Assembly (NCBI GenBank): GCA_977017645.1
Contig: OZ360220.1
Span: 204,600,001-204,664,000, forward strand
Reading direction: 5' to 3'
Source: Torpedo marmorata
Lineage: Eukaryota
DNA: 64,000 nucleotides
A model generated the notes under the pieces. It did not search any database. It worked only from the letters and a program-made list of their open reading frames with translations, and was not told the origin of the DNA. Made by a program: the position numbers and the translations under genes. Positions 23,258 through 36,366 of this stretch are shown here, in pieces. Numbering within the stretch: position 1 is the first letter of the stretch; each line of letters begins with the position of its first letter.

Positions 23258-23949
23258 TATAAGTAACGGTGACTTCGCTCCACCAATAGTCACCTGGAGG
23301 CTAAGTGTGGTCCTTGCCTTTGACGCGTTTTATTTAATTTACTGACAAAGTCCAATATGTTCAAAAACCTTTATTTTCACACATGACTTGCAGTAATCTT
23401 CAATGACTTTGATATAAACAGTTCTTGTAAACGATGTATGATAAGTTCCTTTAAATTATTCCTTAAACAATTCCAAAACGATATGAAACACTGTAGATGA
23501 TGTTAAAGTTATAGAAACATTATAAAACGGTATAAAACGGTCAATAAAGATGTGGAGACCAGACTCACCCCCCATACATCTCTATCCTTTCTTTGTTCTC
23601 TCTCTCTAATGGTTCTGCGCATGCTCCAACGCGCATACTACAATTCCCAGCCTCCCACGCGCACTATGACGTCACTCTATACTGCGCATGCGCCCGTCGG
23701 CACTCCCGCGCATGCGCATATCAAAGAATGGGCCGACGACGGCCCACAGAACAACGCAAGCGCTCCAAGGCCCGACATGGCCTCGGAGCGCGCTGAAGAC
23801 GGCCCAGTGAACAACGCGAGCGCTCAATGGCCCGACGTGGCCCAGGAGCGCTCCGAGGACGGCCCACCGAACCACGCGAGCGCTCCAAGGCCCGACGAGA
23901 CATCGGAGCGCCGCAACAACGGTAAGTTAACGAGCCTACGGCTCTTACA
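23258..23949 (-). repeat. BEL element 5' LTR (692 bp)
   Basis: Identical by eye to 17779-18470; on the minus strand followed by internal sequence GTCAATAAAGTGC. Confidence 0.95.
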
Positions 23950-23954
23950 ACTTG

Positions 23955-25621
23955 TATGGGAGGGGATTCACGTTAGTAACTGACAACAAACCACTAAGTT
24001 TAATTTTAGGGCCTAAAAAGGGCATTCCGGTATTAGCGGCGACAAGAATCCAAAGATGGGCCATAATGCTCACCGCTTATGATTATGAGTTGAAACATAA
24101 ACCAGCAACATTAAAACGGACATGCCGATGCTTTATCACATTTACCCCTACCAGAAACTGAACAAACAGAAGAGATAATCCATTGGACAGCAGAGGCAAC
24201 AGCTGTTAACCAAGAACAGCTTCGCCATCTGCCCATTACAGCCAAAATAATCAGCAAAGAAGTAAGAAACGAACCAACACTGGCCAGTCTTGTATTTTAC
24301 ATTAAATGGATGGCCAGAAGGGGACACTATTTCTCCAGACCTTAAGCCTTACTATACCCGACGTAATGAGATAACTATCGAAGACGGTTGTTTATTGTGG
24401 GGTGCCAGAATGATTATTCCAAGAAAATGGCAAAAAGACATACTTGCAGAGCTACATGACAATCATCCTGGAATGGTCCGAATGAAAGCATTAGCACGAA
24501 TGCATGTTTGGTGGCCATCAATGGACATAGATATCGAACAAACCGTACGAATGTGTGGCACTTGTCAAGAAATGCAACCCAAAGCCCCACAAGCCGAAGC
24601 AAACCCATGGAAATGGCCTTCACGACCATGGCACAGAATTCATGTGGATTTTGCAGGTCCATTCATGGGAGAGAATTTGTTTATTGTTGTCGACACACAC
24701 TCCAAATGGCCAGTGGTATCACACATGCGTACAACGACAACAATTCAAACAATTGAAAGATTACGAACTATGTTTGCATCATATGGATTACCAATGGAAT
24801 TGATCTCAGACAATGGGCCTCAGTTTACATCGGATGCTTTTAGAATGTTCTTGTGTAACAACGGTATACGTCATGTGCTCTCAGCACCGTACCACCCAAG
24901 CACTAATGGAGAAGCTGAGCGTTTTGTGCGAACATTTAAAAACGCCATGAAAGCTGGCAAATCGCTAAACATTTCCTGGAATCACAAAATAGCGAACTTT
25001 CTCGCAGGATACAGAAATACACCTCACTCAACAACTAAAAGAACACCAGCAGAATTGATGTTTGGACGCAGTTTACGAACACGACTCTCTGCTGTACACC
25101 CAGACATCGGCCTTCGTATCGAAAACGCCACTTCGCCAACTAAACCGACCAGATCACTGGAAGTGGGAGAAAGAGTGTTGGTACGAGATTACAGGGATAA
25201 TAAGGAAACTTGGGTAAGTGGCGTTATCATTAAGAAGTTAAGCCCTTGCTCGTATTCCATACAAGTAGGGACTAACATATGGAAACGACACATTGACCAA
25301 CTGAGAGCAGTAGAAGATCCAATAATGACATTACCAACAGATGAGCCCCAAGATTTTCCAGTTTGGGTCAATGACGACCCCCCAGTTATATCTCAAAATG
25401 ATGCTGATCTAGAGAGACGGGAAAGCAGTCCAGCCCAAGGCCTAAATAATGCTCATCGAAAACCAAGCTCCCAATCCGAGGAGGAGGTCAGTCCTGAGAA
25501 AGCAAAGAGTCCAGAAAAAGCAAAAAGTTCAGGGGTTCCGACAGCCTCAGGGGCCCCGCCCCTAAGAAGATCACACCGACAACGACGTCTTCCGGAACAT
25601 CTGAGAGACTATGTACCATGA
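23955..25621 (+). pseudogene. Gypsy pol 3' part (RNase H C-part, H2C2 zinc domain, integrase core)
   Basis: Resumes YGRGFTLVTDNKPL exactly where FHQYL stops; LHDNHPG..CGTC; HVDFAGP, SDNGPQF, SAPYHPSTNGEAERFV; 443-aa integrase ORF 24290-25621. Confidence 0.92.
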
Positions 25622-25791
25622 ACGGGACACTTGACATGTTATGATTATTATTATTACAGTGATATTCTGTAGTTGTAGTTCCTATTGTTACATGATATTT
25701 TGTAGTTGTAGTTCTCACAGTATACCTCAGTAGTTACGGTAGTTTTACATACTTGTTACCTGGGAATGTTTAATCATCTATGTTCTGTGGG

Positions 25792-25943
25792 GGGATACAC
25801 GCAGTCTTGGTACGCCGCGTATGACGTCATGATGCACTATATAAAGCGTGGCGCAGGAAACCATTGTTAGATTAATAATAAAGGATGAATGAAGCACCAC
25901 GTCTCCGTGTGCTTGTGTATATCTAAACCTAGAATACACTACA
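25792..25943 (+). repeat. Gypsy 3' LTR (5' edge eroded)
   Basis: Homologous to 15081-15245 with about 8 substitutions and an 8-bp indel; initial TGTTGC missing next to the G-run PPT; ends CACTACA. Confidence 0.9.
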
Positions 25944-26879
25944 ATGGAAATCCAAAGAATTGTTTTTAAAGTACAGGCTCCACTGCAATGGAGTAAATAC
26001 AGCACTCAATTTGTACAGAACAAATTCCCGCAAACAACATTTCTGTAATGTTGGTGTGGGATCCAATATTGGCTCTCCTTTGCTTCAAAATATTGCAATG
26101 GAAGCTTTTGGGTCTACCTTCCGAGGACAGACGAGACTTTGCTTAATGTCTCATCAGCAAAAAGAATCACTCGGCAATTATTACAACTCTGTGACCTTTT
26201 CTACGTTTATTGTTGAATTGTCCCTGTGGTATGGCATGGATACAGTCCAGGAATATTCTGTCCACCAACAAGAAAGTTCCTGCTTCATCTGGCTAGCATA
26301 AATGTTTTAGGATTTGAAAGAGGCTAAACAGCATAATATTGTGCATCTAAGACATTAAATTATTTGGAACCATTTAATAAATTAATTAATTGATAGAGTG
26401 CCAGTCAATTCATGAAGCATAATGTATTTTGGGAGCCAAAGGTGATATACCTCTTGAAATCTGATGGACAGCCAAGTTTTAAGTGTTATCTATACATTGG
26501 GAAATTGGTCTGGCAAAATAAGACAAGAAAACCTTCTTTTGGTTGGTATCATGAAAATGTGTCATTGCTGCTTTGCTCACAGAGTGTCTAAAATCTTGCC
26601 AACTTCATCAGTGGATGAATTGGTACAATTATCTTCCTCACCAGCACTCACCTAAAATGTTTTGTGATTTGTCACATTGCAACCTCTATAAGGCAATTAC
26701 ACTGAGTAATAAAGATGGAAGATGTCTTCTGATTCTCTACAATAAGGGTCACCAACTTTGACTGGACACATTTCAGAAGCTTTCATCACACACATTACCT
26801 CCCACTTTCACAGTCCCATCTGGTCAAATAGCCTTTCTGCCATTTCCAAGGCCTTTATCACTCATAACGAACATGTTAA

Positions 26880-27075
26880 ACAAGAAAATCTGTGGATGCT
26901 GTGATTGTAGTTTACACAAAAATGCTGGAGAAACTCAGCAAGTCACGCAGCGTTCTTTATGAAGCAGAGATAAAGATATGTTTCGGGCCTGAGTCCTTCA
27001 TTAAGGTATGAGAAAAAAGCAGGCAGGTGCCTGAATAAAATGGTTGGGGGGGGAGGGAAAAGGGGAGGAGCACAT
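26880..27075 (-). mobile_element. Penelope-like pseudo-LTR fragment
   Basis: Reverse-complement similarity to 9960-10160 (aatgctggagaaactcagca...gtttcgggcctgagtccttcattaaggtatgag). Confidence 0.65.
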
Positions 27076-27279
27076 AAAAGAACATGTTTAAAACATCAGA
27101 CAAAGCACCAATAGTTTTGATTTAATATCCCTATGACTTTTTATCCAGATTTGCTCCCCTTACTGAGTAATTCCTAGAAATTTACGATTCATTTCTCCTC
27201 TGCCTCATTCAGCTTATTCTAGCCTGTCATTTCAATTATTCATGAAGTACCCAACCTTTACTTGCATGCAGATACTCAC

Positions 27280-27517
27280 TTGTTGAGTTGTCATAGCGTG
27301 AGGATTCTTCATCTGTGCTATTTCTGCCCAAAAGGTATTTGTAGTTGTTGTCCTCGTACCAATTCATGGATTTAATTTTTAAGCCCCCACCTTCTGGGTG
27401 GCCACACACGATCCTCGACACGACTTGGTACAGCTCCTGTGGTGATCCTGCCAAGCTGTCATTGGTAAGGAGCATCACCTCTTTTCTCATGTCTCTCAAA
27501 CTCCTAACTTCAGTCAG
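27280..27517 (-). CDS. ABCA1: ABCA1-like exon (equivalent to exon 9, 238 bp), ECD1
   Basis: [19 protein letters not shown]...[28 protein letters not shown]...YDNST; gtgcag / gtgagt. Confidence 0.95.
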
Positions 27518-28624
27518 CTGCACAAAATCAGTGAGATGGAACCAAGTTTAGTACCTCTGTGAACTCATGGGGCACAGCTGGTACCATCCCCTCCTCTTAA
27601 CTAGACAAAACATTAGTTTTACTCTGGCTTAACCTCCAGTAAATCGTTAGTGGAACAAGATTACTTCAAATCACCAAGGTACTTCATCAGTGCAAAAGAT
27701 GGAATGAAACGCCAGATGCTGCGAAATGCAACTTAACGTGCTTTATGCTTATATGAAGGTCATGGTGTCACCATGGACGGGAATATGACTCTGCCTTGCT
27801 CAGTGCTTGGAAGGGTAGAAATAGATCTTCATTTCCCTGGACTAAATACAAAATCGAGCCGTGCATTAGAAAGATCTGAGATTTCAGAAGTTGTGGATAA
27901 CACAAAAACCTACTTTAGCTTCTGTGACTGAGGATTCAGTCCTATTCCATGATTTTTAAGGAGTGCCTTAAAAGACCAATATGCAGAGATGTTTAGAGGG
28001 GAAATCCAACTTATGTGCCTAAAGTGGCTAAAGACATGAGCAACAAGGTCTGGGATGAAGGAACTGCGGGAAAGCACAGGGAGAAATTGTATAAAGCATG
28101 AGAATTTAAGAATGAGGTTCTTGAAGTGACACCTCTTAGTACTGGTGCAGCAGTTCCTAATGTGCATGTCAGGAAAACACATATCAATACTTATTTGGCA
28201 AAGAACAAAAGATGATGTTGAACATTCACCTTTGACAACAGCTTCCAATGTTGCTTCTATTTATTAGCATTCCTCCCTTCACACAACACTTGGCAATAGC
28301 AACCACAAAGTTCCATATCATGGGTGGACTTGAGGTATTTCCAAATGTTTCAAATAGTGTATTGTATAAAACAAACCAGAATTAGAGGCAGAGTTGTAAC
28401 GTGCCCCCGATATTTAGTGAAAATATGGTCCAAAGCAAGGTCAGGTACTCTGGGATCTAATTTACATGAATGACAGGACCTTGTTAATGTTCTGTAATTC
28501 TGTTTAGACTGCCACGATAGAGCTTCTCTTGACATTTTTAAGGCACAGGTAGATAGATTCTTGATAAGCCATAGGTTGAAAGGTCACTGAGGTTGAAGAG
28601 TGAATGGAGTTGAAGCAACAATTA

Positions 28625-28730
28625 GAGTTACCTTGAAGAAGGGCTCAGGCCCAAACGTCGGTAATAGATCGTTACCTCCTATGGACACTGTGAGGCCTGC
28701 TAAATTCCTCCAGTATTTCTGTGTTTTTGA
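28625..28730 (+). mobile_element. Penelope-like pseudo-LTR fragment inserted in an older CR1 remnant
   Basis: ttaccttgaagaagggctcaggcccaaacgtcggtaa...cctgctaaattcctccagtatttctgtgttt; flanked by a duplicated tgaagcaacaattaga. Confidence 0.65.
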
Positions 28731-31700
28731 AGCAACAATTAGATTGGCCATGATCTATGTCATTGACAAGCAGAGCAGGCTCAAATGGTTTGCTCCTGCT
28801 CCTAATTTGTCTGTATGTTGTAATTATTATATAGAATCTTTCCTGTGGTGCCCAAAGTGCTATACAGGCAATGGGAAGGGCATCACTGTTTTCATTTGAA
28901 AACCTGGTGGGCAGTTTGCACACAGCAAGCTCTCATGAATAGCATGATTACCAGGTTACTGTTGGATGAGGGTAATGTGGGTCAGGAGGCTCCTTGTCGC
29001 TCAAAACTGTGCCATAGGAATATTTTCCATCTGCCTGAGAGGGCAGACTGAGCCTCAGTTTAAGAGTTTGCACATTCCCCCTGCCACCCCATTTCTTCCG
29101 TTTCTTTCCGCATTCCAGAGTTGTGAAGATCAGTAGGTTAACTACAAATTGCCCCTAGTGTGTGTGGTGAATTCTTATCCTATCATTCCAGGTGATACAA
29201 ATAAAACACTAAAATCAGAATCTTCTGAAATGCAAGCTGTAATGATGTAGTCACCCAATAAATCTTCCCCAAAATATCATCATTGGTTCTCTGGCTCTAC
29301 TGCAAATGCATCCATGTACAAACTATGCAATTATTGTTTTGGAACACAGTAACTGCTCATTATGAACAGTATTAAAATATCTTCTGGAGCTGACAATTAC
29401 ACTTCAGAAAAAGCAAAGCACTGCAGTTGTTGGAAATCAAATAAAATCAGGATTTTGTAGCTCAGAAAATCGGAGGAAGGGGTGGGTGGAATGACAGAGA
29501 CACACAGAGACAAATCTCAGGTTAGAATCAATGGAAAATGAGAAGCTGGAGGATCTCAGCTGGTCAGACAGCATCCATGGTGAAAAACAGTCGGTCAACA
29601 TTTCAGGTCACGGCCCTTTATTGATGAAACCTTTACTTTGTTTGTGTCACAACAGACGCTGCCCAACCTACTGAGTACGTCCAGCTTTTTCTACTTTGGT
29701 TAACAGCAGCTCATGTCTTTTAGTCCAATTGTCAGTGCCAGAAACAGTTAGCAGAAATCCGAATGAAATGCAAGTTCCCCTTGACAGTGTGTTCTGGGAA
29801 AACGTGGCCACGTCAGCTACTTTGGTCTCATATGGCTTCAATTATTTTTAACAGACAAAGGCAAGTCAAAGTGGTGTAACATGAAATGTGCTGTAACCTG
29901 ACTCGGCAGCATGCCTGTATGCTGACTTTCGCTTCTCTAGACTTATGCTTTACAGATGTATGTGTCTGTGTGTATTATTTTAAAGCAGCCAATCTACTTG
30001 CTTTTGGTTCTTTTGTTTTCAATGACATGGACCAGAAAGGAAAAGGATGTGCGACCACACTCTAAAATCTGAAACCAGAAATAATCTTGGGTGTTTTGTC
30101 AGACTCTCATGTACAGCGGGGTTATTAAAGTTCATTCGACAGAAGGCTCCTACCCGATTTGTATGCATAATTCATAAACCTTGTGTTCAAGGGAGGGGAG
30201 TTCCTGGGATAATGGCCACTATACATATTACAAACGATCAAACAAAGAGAAGCTGCAGACATGATAGAATAAAGCGCCACAGATATATGCCAGAACATGT
30301 AAGCAGTGTGCCAACACAGAGCAGGCAAAGGAGCAACAAGGAACCTCCACAACTGAACATAAAAGACTGAGGAGTGACTTGAGTGCAGCCTTAAGGACAA
30401 TAAAAGAGATTTTCTTTTTTTGGAGTTTCTGTTCACAGGGTTATCACTGTAAGGCAATCACGAACAAAACCAACAGGGAATTCAGGAGTAACTTCTTCAC
30501 TGTAAGAGTCTGGCAATATGGAACTCTCCACTCCAACTTGTATTTGAGGAGAACAGTATGGGCTTGTCAGGAAAACTTTGAAAGGATAACAGAATAGGAA
30601 GCTAAAATAAAAAAGACATGTGCTGGGAGCAGTCAGCATGTCAAGCAGAGTCCAAAGTGAGAGGAACAGAGTCAACATTTTGGATTTCTTTCCATATCCG
30701 AGCAGTTCCAGAATAAGCTGCCTTTGTTTTGAATTTCTGACACTTGCAGTTTCTTGCAGCAAAGAATAGGAAGGGAATCAAGCAAGATGAGATGAAGGGG
30801 CTTAGATGTAGCAAGTAGGCATCATCAACACAGCATAGACCAGAGGGGGAAAATGGCTTGCTTTTCGGAAACAAAACCAAACATGCTGGAAAATCTCAGA
30901 AGGTCGGGCAGCATCTGCAGAAAGAAAAACGTTTGGCACAAACTAGATGGGCCAAAGGGCCTATTTCTGTGCTGCAGTGTTCCATGGTTCATTCAATAAC
31001 TTGGGTCTGACTCCCCTCTTCCAAATTGACCATCATCTGACTTCCACTGGAGCCATAGGGTGAGCCATAGGATGTGATTGTGAATGAACATTAAGCCTCC
31101 TTAAGGATCATGAATTAATATTGATATCATAAGAATGGGGGCAAGCAGTGAAAATAGTAGACCATTCAGGATAGGAGAGATGAGATATCCAGCTTGCTTG
31201 GAACATAATTATGGCATTGTGGGGCTGTCAGTTCTATGCCAAGTGTGCCTGTGGCAGTTTTCCTTCTGAAGGCACTTACATTTTTCTCTGTGAAGGAATG
31301 CATGAGCAATATTGTATGCAACTCCAGGGAGACAGCAACAAGATCAGACCAACAATCACAAGCCCCAAACTCATTACAGCTTTGGCATTTGATAAGAACA
31401 TTTTGTTTTCACTCTTGAATTGCAGTGGTTATAAGCCAGGAAGGCAGGAACTATCTGCCTGCAGCCCAAGCACTGACTTTTTCTTCATGGATGGGTTCAT
31501 TTGATATGGCACCAGTGTCAAAGTAAAGGATACCCCAGGGGTATTTTTAAGCCATGGATTGGGGTAGAATCCCACAAAATGAATGACATGCCTCTTCTAT
31601 CAGTTTCCTGTTGGCTGTGTCAGGTTAAAATTGTCCTCGTAATATTGCTGTAAAGTTGCATTGGTTTGACCTTTATACACAGCACTATCTGTTAGTTCAC

Positions 31701-32520
31701 TGACTGAGTGGATAAACTGCCTGTTTTTAAGCAAGCTGGATATTTAGCTTATTGCTTTCCAAGGAGTGAACTCAGGCAAGTTTCAAAAATGGGCAGGCAA
31801 TGGAAATAATGATGTACCCATGATCTGTTGTATTTTGCCCTTCAGGCTAGATCTAGCTTAAACTGAGAGGAAAAACCATCTGCGCCAAAGGATCTACATG
31901 CGCCCAGTTTGGGCATTGTTAATGCAATTCAGGTCTCAGCCCTGAAATATTAACTCTGTTTTTCTTTCCATGGTTAGTTGACTTGCTGAGTATTTCTAGC
32001 ATTTCTTGGTTTTATTAGAAATGAATTTCCCACAGCATATGTCCACGATGCAGAGCTGCAATACTGTAACATCAAATTGGTATTCCTACTGACAGACATA
32101 GTGATGTGGGAATGGGAAGCACCAGGCAGTAGGGTCTGCTTTCTTATGATGGTCAAACTATTGTTTGAGGACAATGCCCAGGGTGCTCTGGATCTCTGAG
32201 TGACAGACTGCACCACTGAAATGTTGGACATTCACACCAGGAATCAAAACACAAAGTATCCCCCTCACCTTAATTGTTTCAGACATTTACCCCAAAATTA
32301 AGAGAAACATCAAGTATCTAAGGTGCAGGAAGGTCATGAAGCCAGCTGACTAACTCTGTCACACAAGAACAATTTAGCATAGGAACCAGGAAGCCATGCA
32401 TGCCTCTATGCTAAAGGAACAGCAAGAGTAAAACAAGGCCTTGCAGAAATTAACGCTGATCGCCTGGGCACCATCGAATACCAATCCCCACTGACCATTT
32501 CATCTGATCGGTCATCATAC

Positions 32521-32610
32521 CTCTTTGGTGAGAATCAAAAGATTTTGAAGCACAGAGTCAATGGCATTAACTACTTCTAATGTTGCAAGAGGATCAACAG
32601 TCATTCCCTT
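32521..32610 (-). CDS. ABCA1: ABCA1-like exon (equivalent to exon 8, 90 bp)
   Basis: KGMTVDPLATLEVVNAIDSVLQNLLILTKE; polypyrimidine-ttacag / gtatga; phase 0-0 fits both neighbours; divergent sequence. Confidence 0.8.
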
Positions 32611-33834
32611 CTGTAAAAGAGAGACAGGATAATAATAAAACATACTTGCATAGTTAATGACTACTATCCATGGGATAGAAATCAGCCTGCCCTCCTTAAC
32701 ATTCAGCATTTATTAGTTCATCAGAAAAACACAAGAAAATAGGAGCAGGAATAGGCAAACAGAACCCTCAAACCTGCCCTACCATTGAATACGAGTGTAG
32801 CAAATCTATGCTGACCTCAACTCCTCTTCTGTGGCAGCTCCCCACAACCCTCAATTCCTCACTCAAATATTTTGTCTTCAGAAAATAATTCAACCAATGC
32901 ATCTACAATCCCTTTAACCACATCTTTTAAATCCTGGAGTGCATGGTCCTGATGATTTGTCCAACTTTATCCCCATGAATTTCTCTAATATTTTATTCCT
33001 TGTGATTGGAATTTTTTTCAATTTCTGATCAATTATTTGAAATTAACCCACCTGTAATCTTAGGGTTATTTGCAGTTCCTTTCATGGTGAAGATTGATTT
33101 AACATAGCTGCCATTTCTTTGCTTCCTGTTAATTCACCAGCTCTGTCCTCTAAAGGTTCAACACCCATCTTGGCTGCCTTCTTCCTATTTATACATCCAT
33201 AGAAACTCTCGCTTGATTGGCTTCCTCTCTGAATACTGACTCCATTCACCTCAAACCAGATGCTCTCCATCCACCAATTGGTCTGGTGGGAACAGTAGAG
33301 AACATCTGTTGTCTCCTTCAGAATAGCTCTTTGGGATCTCTGATGCCTTGGTGTTGACCTTAGTGTTGCCTTCAGTTTTATACTTAAGGGACTAAAATTG
33401 TCCACTGAGCCACTTCCAACGCTAAGTCCATCATATGCACTGCCCTCCCATCCAAAGAAGACATTTGTGTGAGGCGCTGTCTCAAGAAGGCAGCCAACAT
33501 CATAATGGACCCCCAAGTTATAACTTCTTCTCACTTCTACATTCAGGCAAAAAGTACAGACACCTGAAGATCAGCACTCTAGGTTCAAGAATAGTTTCTT
33601 TCCAATAGCTATCGGGCTCTTGAGCCACTCCTTACTACTCTATGCCTAAGCATAAACTATTCCAGGAACACCAAAAAGATCTGTCTTCACTGCTGAAACA
33701 TCACTTTTTCCTTGCACTGACTGCCACTGTGAATATTTATCTATTTGCCTTTTTATATTTATTATTACTTTTTCTGTCATAGCCTATTGTGATAATTTAA
33801 TTTATACATTTATAGTTGATATTTTATGGTGGTG

Positions 33835-34130
33835 TCTTAAGAAAGCAGCCTCTTTCCTCAAGAACCCTCACCACCCAGGCTACGCCCTCTTCACACTACA
33901 ACCATCCGGACGGAGGTACAGGAGCCTGAAGAGGAACACCCAGCGACAGAAAAACAACTTCTTCCCCTCTGCCACCAGATTTGTGAATGGACAATGAACC
34001 GCAGACACTACGTCACTTATTCTTCTTTTGTACTAATTTATTTTATATGTAATTTATAGCAATGTTTGCACTGTAATGCTGCCACAAAACAATAGATATT
34101 GTGACATGTTCATGACAATAAATTCTGATT
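33835..34130 (+). mobile_element. Rex/Babar-type LINE 3' fragment
   Basis: ccacccaggctacgccctcttc...ggaggtacaggagcctgaag...catgacaataaattctgatt, homologous to the 3' end of 42556-45742. Confidence 0.7.
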
Positions 34131-34615
34131 TTTTAAGTACCTGTGTAGCTACAGCAAGTGAGACTTTCAGTGCATCTGTGTATTATACTTATGTATATGA
34201 CAATAAACACTCAGCTAATCTCATCACTTTGTCATGTACTAACATTTCTTTTGTCTGTGCACAATCCACAAGGGGGAAGCAGATGTCAAGTTGTGGACTG
34301 TCGTGTCAACAATCAATCATTAGGGCCAACATTTGCCTATGGAACAGGGTCCATCCGAGGCACAGCTTACCCACCATATCTTTACGCAGTCCTTACTCCA
34401 GTCAGACTGCCCTCATCAAGAAATGGCTGCTGAAATAAAATTCAATTTCTGCAGATTTTCTCGTCCTTTCGCTGGCATCCAGGGAAATCAGCAAGGGTAA
34501 ATGTACCTCAGGTATTAATCCCAGGCAGATCTCTAATCTCAACTGTCCTTATCACAAAAAGTCGAATTATGTTCCCTTTTGGTTTATATTCTGAGTAATA
34601 GACTTCATCACTTAC

Positions 34616-34807
34616 TTTGGTTAACTTTAAGATATCCAGGTTGGAAAAAAATGTCCTTTCGACTTTTCTCAGCCTCTCCTCGGACAGAGTACAAATGAGA
34701 GATTGAGTCCGTGTGGCTGTAGAGGGATCTCCAATGATTACAAAATCATCCAGTTTCATGTCATTGCAAAGGTCTTTCAGCTGTAACCCTTGCCCAACTG
34801 TAATGAC
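34616..34807 (-). CDS. ABCA1: ABCA1-like exon (equivalent to exon 7, 192 bp)
   Basis: VITVGQGLQLKDLCNDMKLDDFVIIGD...LICTLSEERLRKVERTFFSNLDILKLTK; tttcag / gtaagt. Confidence 0.88.
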
Positions 34808-35282
34808 CTGAAATAAATGACACCATGCTTAATGTTTTCTATGTCAGTATTGTACAGGAAGCTTGTGTTTCATGTCTCTACAGTGCTTTTACAATCACTA
34901 GTGCTCCATGTGATAAAGTCAATTGTACCAAAGTGAATGGCAAGATGTTGAACGTATTTAGGAATACAAGAATAGGTCAGAGTTCCAAGCCTGATCCACT
35001 GCTCAAATTAGATCACGATTGATCTGTAGTGCCACCCTATTTACTCTTTTTAGTCCAACATTCTAAAACACTTGTCCAAAAAAAAGGATAATTTTCTGTA
35101 GCCGTGAAGATCAAACAGATATGTAAAAAACCTGCAACCAAATTGAAACTGATTGCACTCTAACATTATCATCAACAATTTAGTATTATACAATCCAAGT
35201 CCAAACAATATCACTCATGGCAAATATTATCTGAGTTAAAAGTTAAAACATAATGATTATATACTACCATATGCAAGTTACA

Positions 35283-35297
35283 AGGTCAATATGACCT
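35283..35297. promoter_or_regulatory. Perfect IR3 nuclear-receptor palindrome (consensus estrogen response element), candidate
   Basis: AGGTCA-ata-TGACCT in unique-looking intronic sequence; function untested. Confidence 0.4.
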
Positions 35298-36366
35298 CAA
35301 GTGGTCCAAATTGATAGTATAATATTATAGCAGGGTTCAACTGCTACCTTAGCCTTGAAATTAAATTACAGCCTTCAAGTTGTTTTAAAATATGTCCAAA
35401 TGATTCAAGCTAATCCTACAAGTTGTGCAACCAAAGGATCATTCCTCATTCATTAAATGACAGTATTTTACACAGGTACAGCTTTTTCACAGTTGTGTAA
35501 ATGAGATTAATTAATGCTTCACACAGGGTGATTACAAGTTTCAGAATTTTAACCAAAGATTTTGCTATCTGTTTCAGTAAGTGCTTGTTGTGTGTTCCCC
35601 ATATAAAATGCACATTGAATTACTGAAGTACTGTCTTGTAAAATGGTCGGCTAAATGGTGTTAATCACTATTTGTGAAATGTTTGATTCAAGCAGAATTT
35701 CCTATTTATTTCTTATTTTTTTCTCAGCAGATAGCACTGTCACTCAAGATAGAAGTTTATAAGTTTGAGTTCCACTCCAAATCCTTGAGACGGTAACCTA
35801 AACAGAGGGGATGAGACCATCATACATCTCTCTGTGGCCTGTGTATTGGCCAAGATCATCTGTAAAGGAACGCAGTGTTTATTTTTTACCCAAACATTCA
35901 TCATAAATAGCTGCATAACACAGTTGTAACTTTGTCCACAGGCTGTATGTACCCAAAGATGCATCCTGAGAAAAATGTCGGATGCAGCTGGAAGACCATT
36001 AACTCAGTGAATTATACACTTTGGTCTGCCTGAAACTTGTCTGTCTTCTAAAGTATCTGCATGCGGCTGACTGGCACACACTAAGGTGTGGTATGATGCA
36101 CTAAAGCTAGGCAACTAGTGCAAAGGATCTACAGGGAAAAAAAACACTAAATTGTTTGTATTCAAACCTTCACCTGCCTCAAATTAAAATATTCAACACT
36201 TACCAATTGCTATTCATGTCTATCCTTAATGATATGCTTCTATGATAAATTCCATTTGACTGAATGTAGAAAATTGCCTACATGTCATACTGTACCTCAA
36301 ATGTAGAATTTCAACTGCCAGAAGAGGTTATTATTGTATGATAGTTCACATAGCACACTTTAATTA

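Larger units (their letters stand above)
17779..23949 (-). mobile_element. BEL/Pao-type LTR retrotransposon, non-autonomous (no RT/RH/IN core), very recent insertion
   Basis: TSD ACTTG (17774-17778 / 23950-23954); 692-bp LTRs; PPT-like TAGGGGCCGG abutting the 3' LTR; BEL-type gag, Zn fingers and protease; DUF5641-like remnant. Confidence 0.93.
15081..25943 (+). mobile_element. Ty3/Gypsy LTR retrotransposon, full length but decayed, interrupted by a BEL/Pao element
   Basis: TSD ATGGA (15076-15080 / 25944-25948); short LTRs; PBS TGGCGACGAGG at 15249; domain order gag-PR-RT-RH-IN. Confidence 0.95.

Noticed and set aside
25490-25530. SPEKAKSPEKAKS resembling neurofilament KSP repeats
   Set aside because: A single 18-bp duplication in the low-complexity integrase tail; too short to suggest gene capture.
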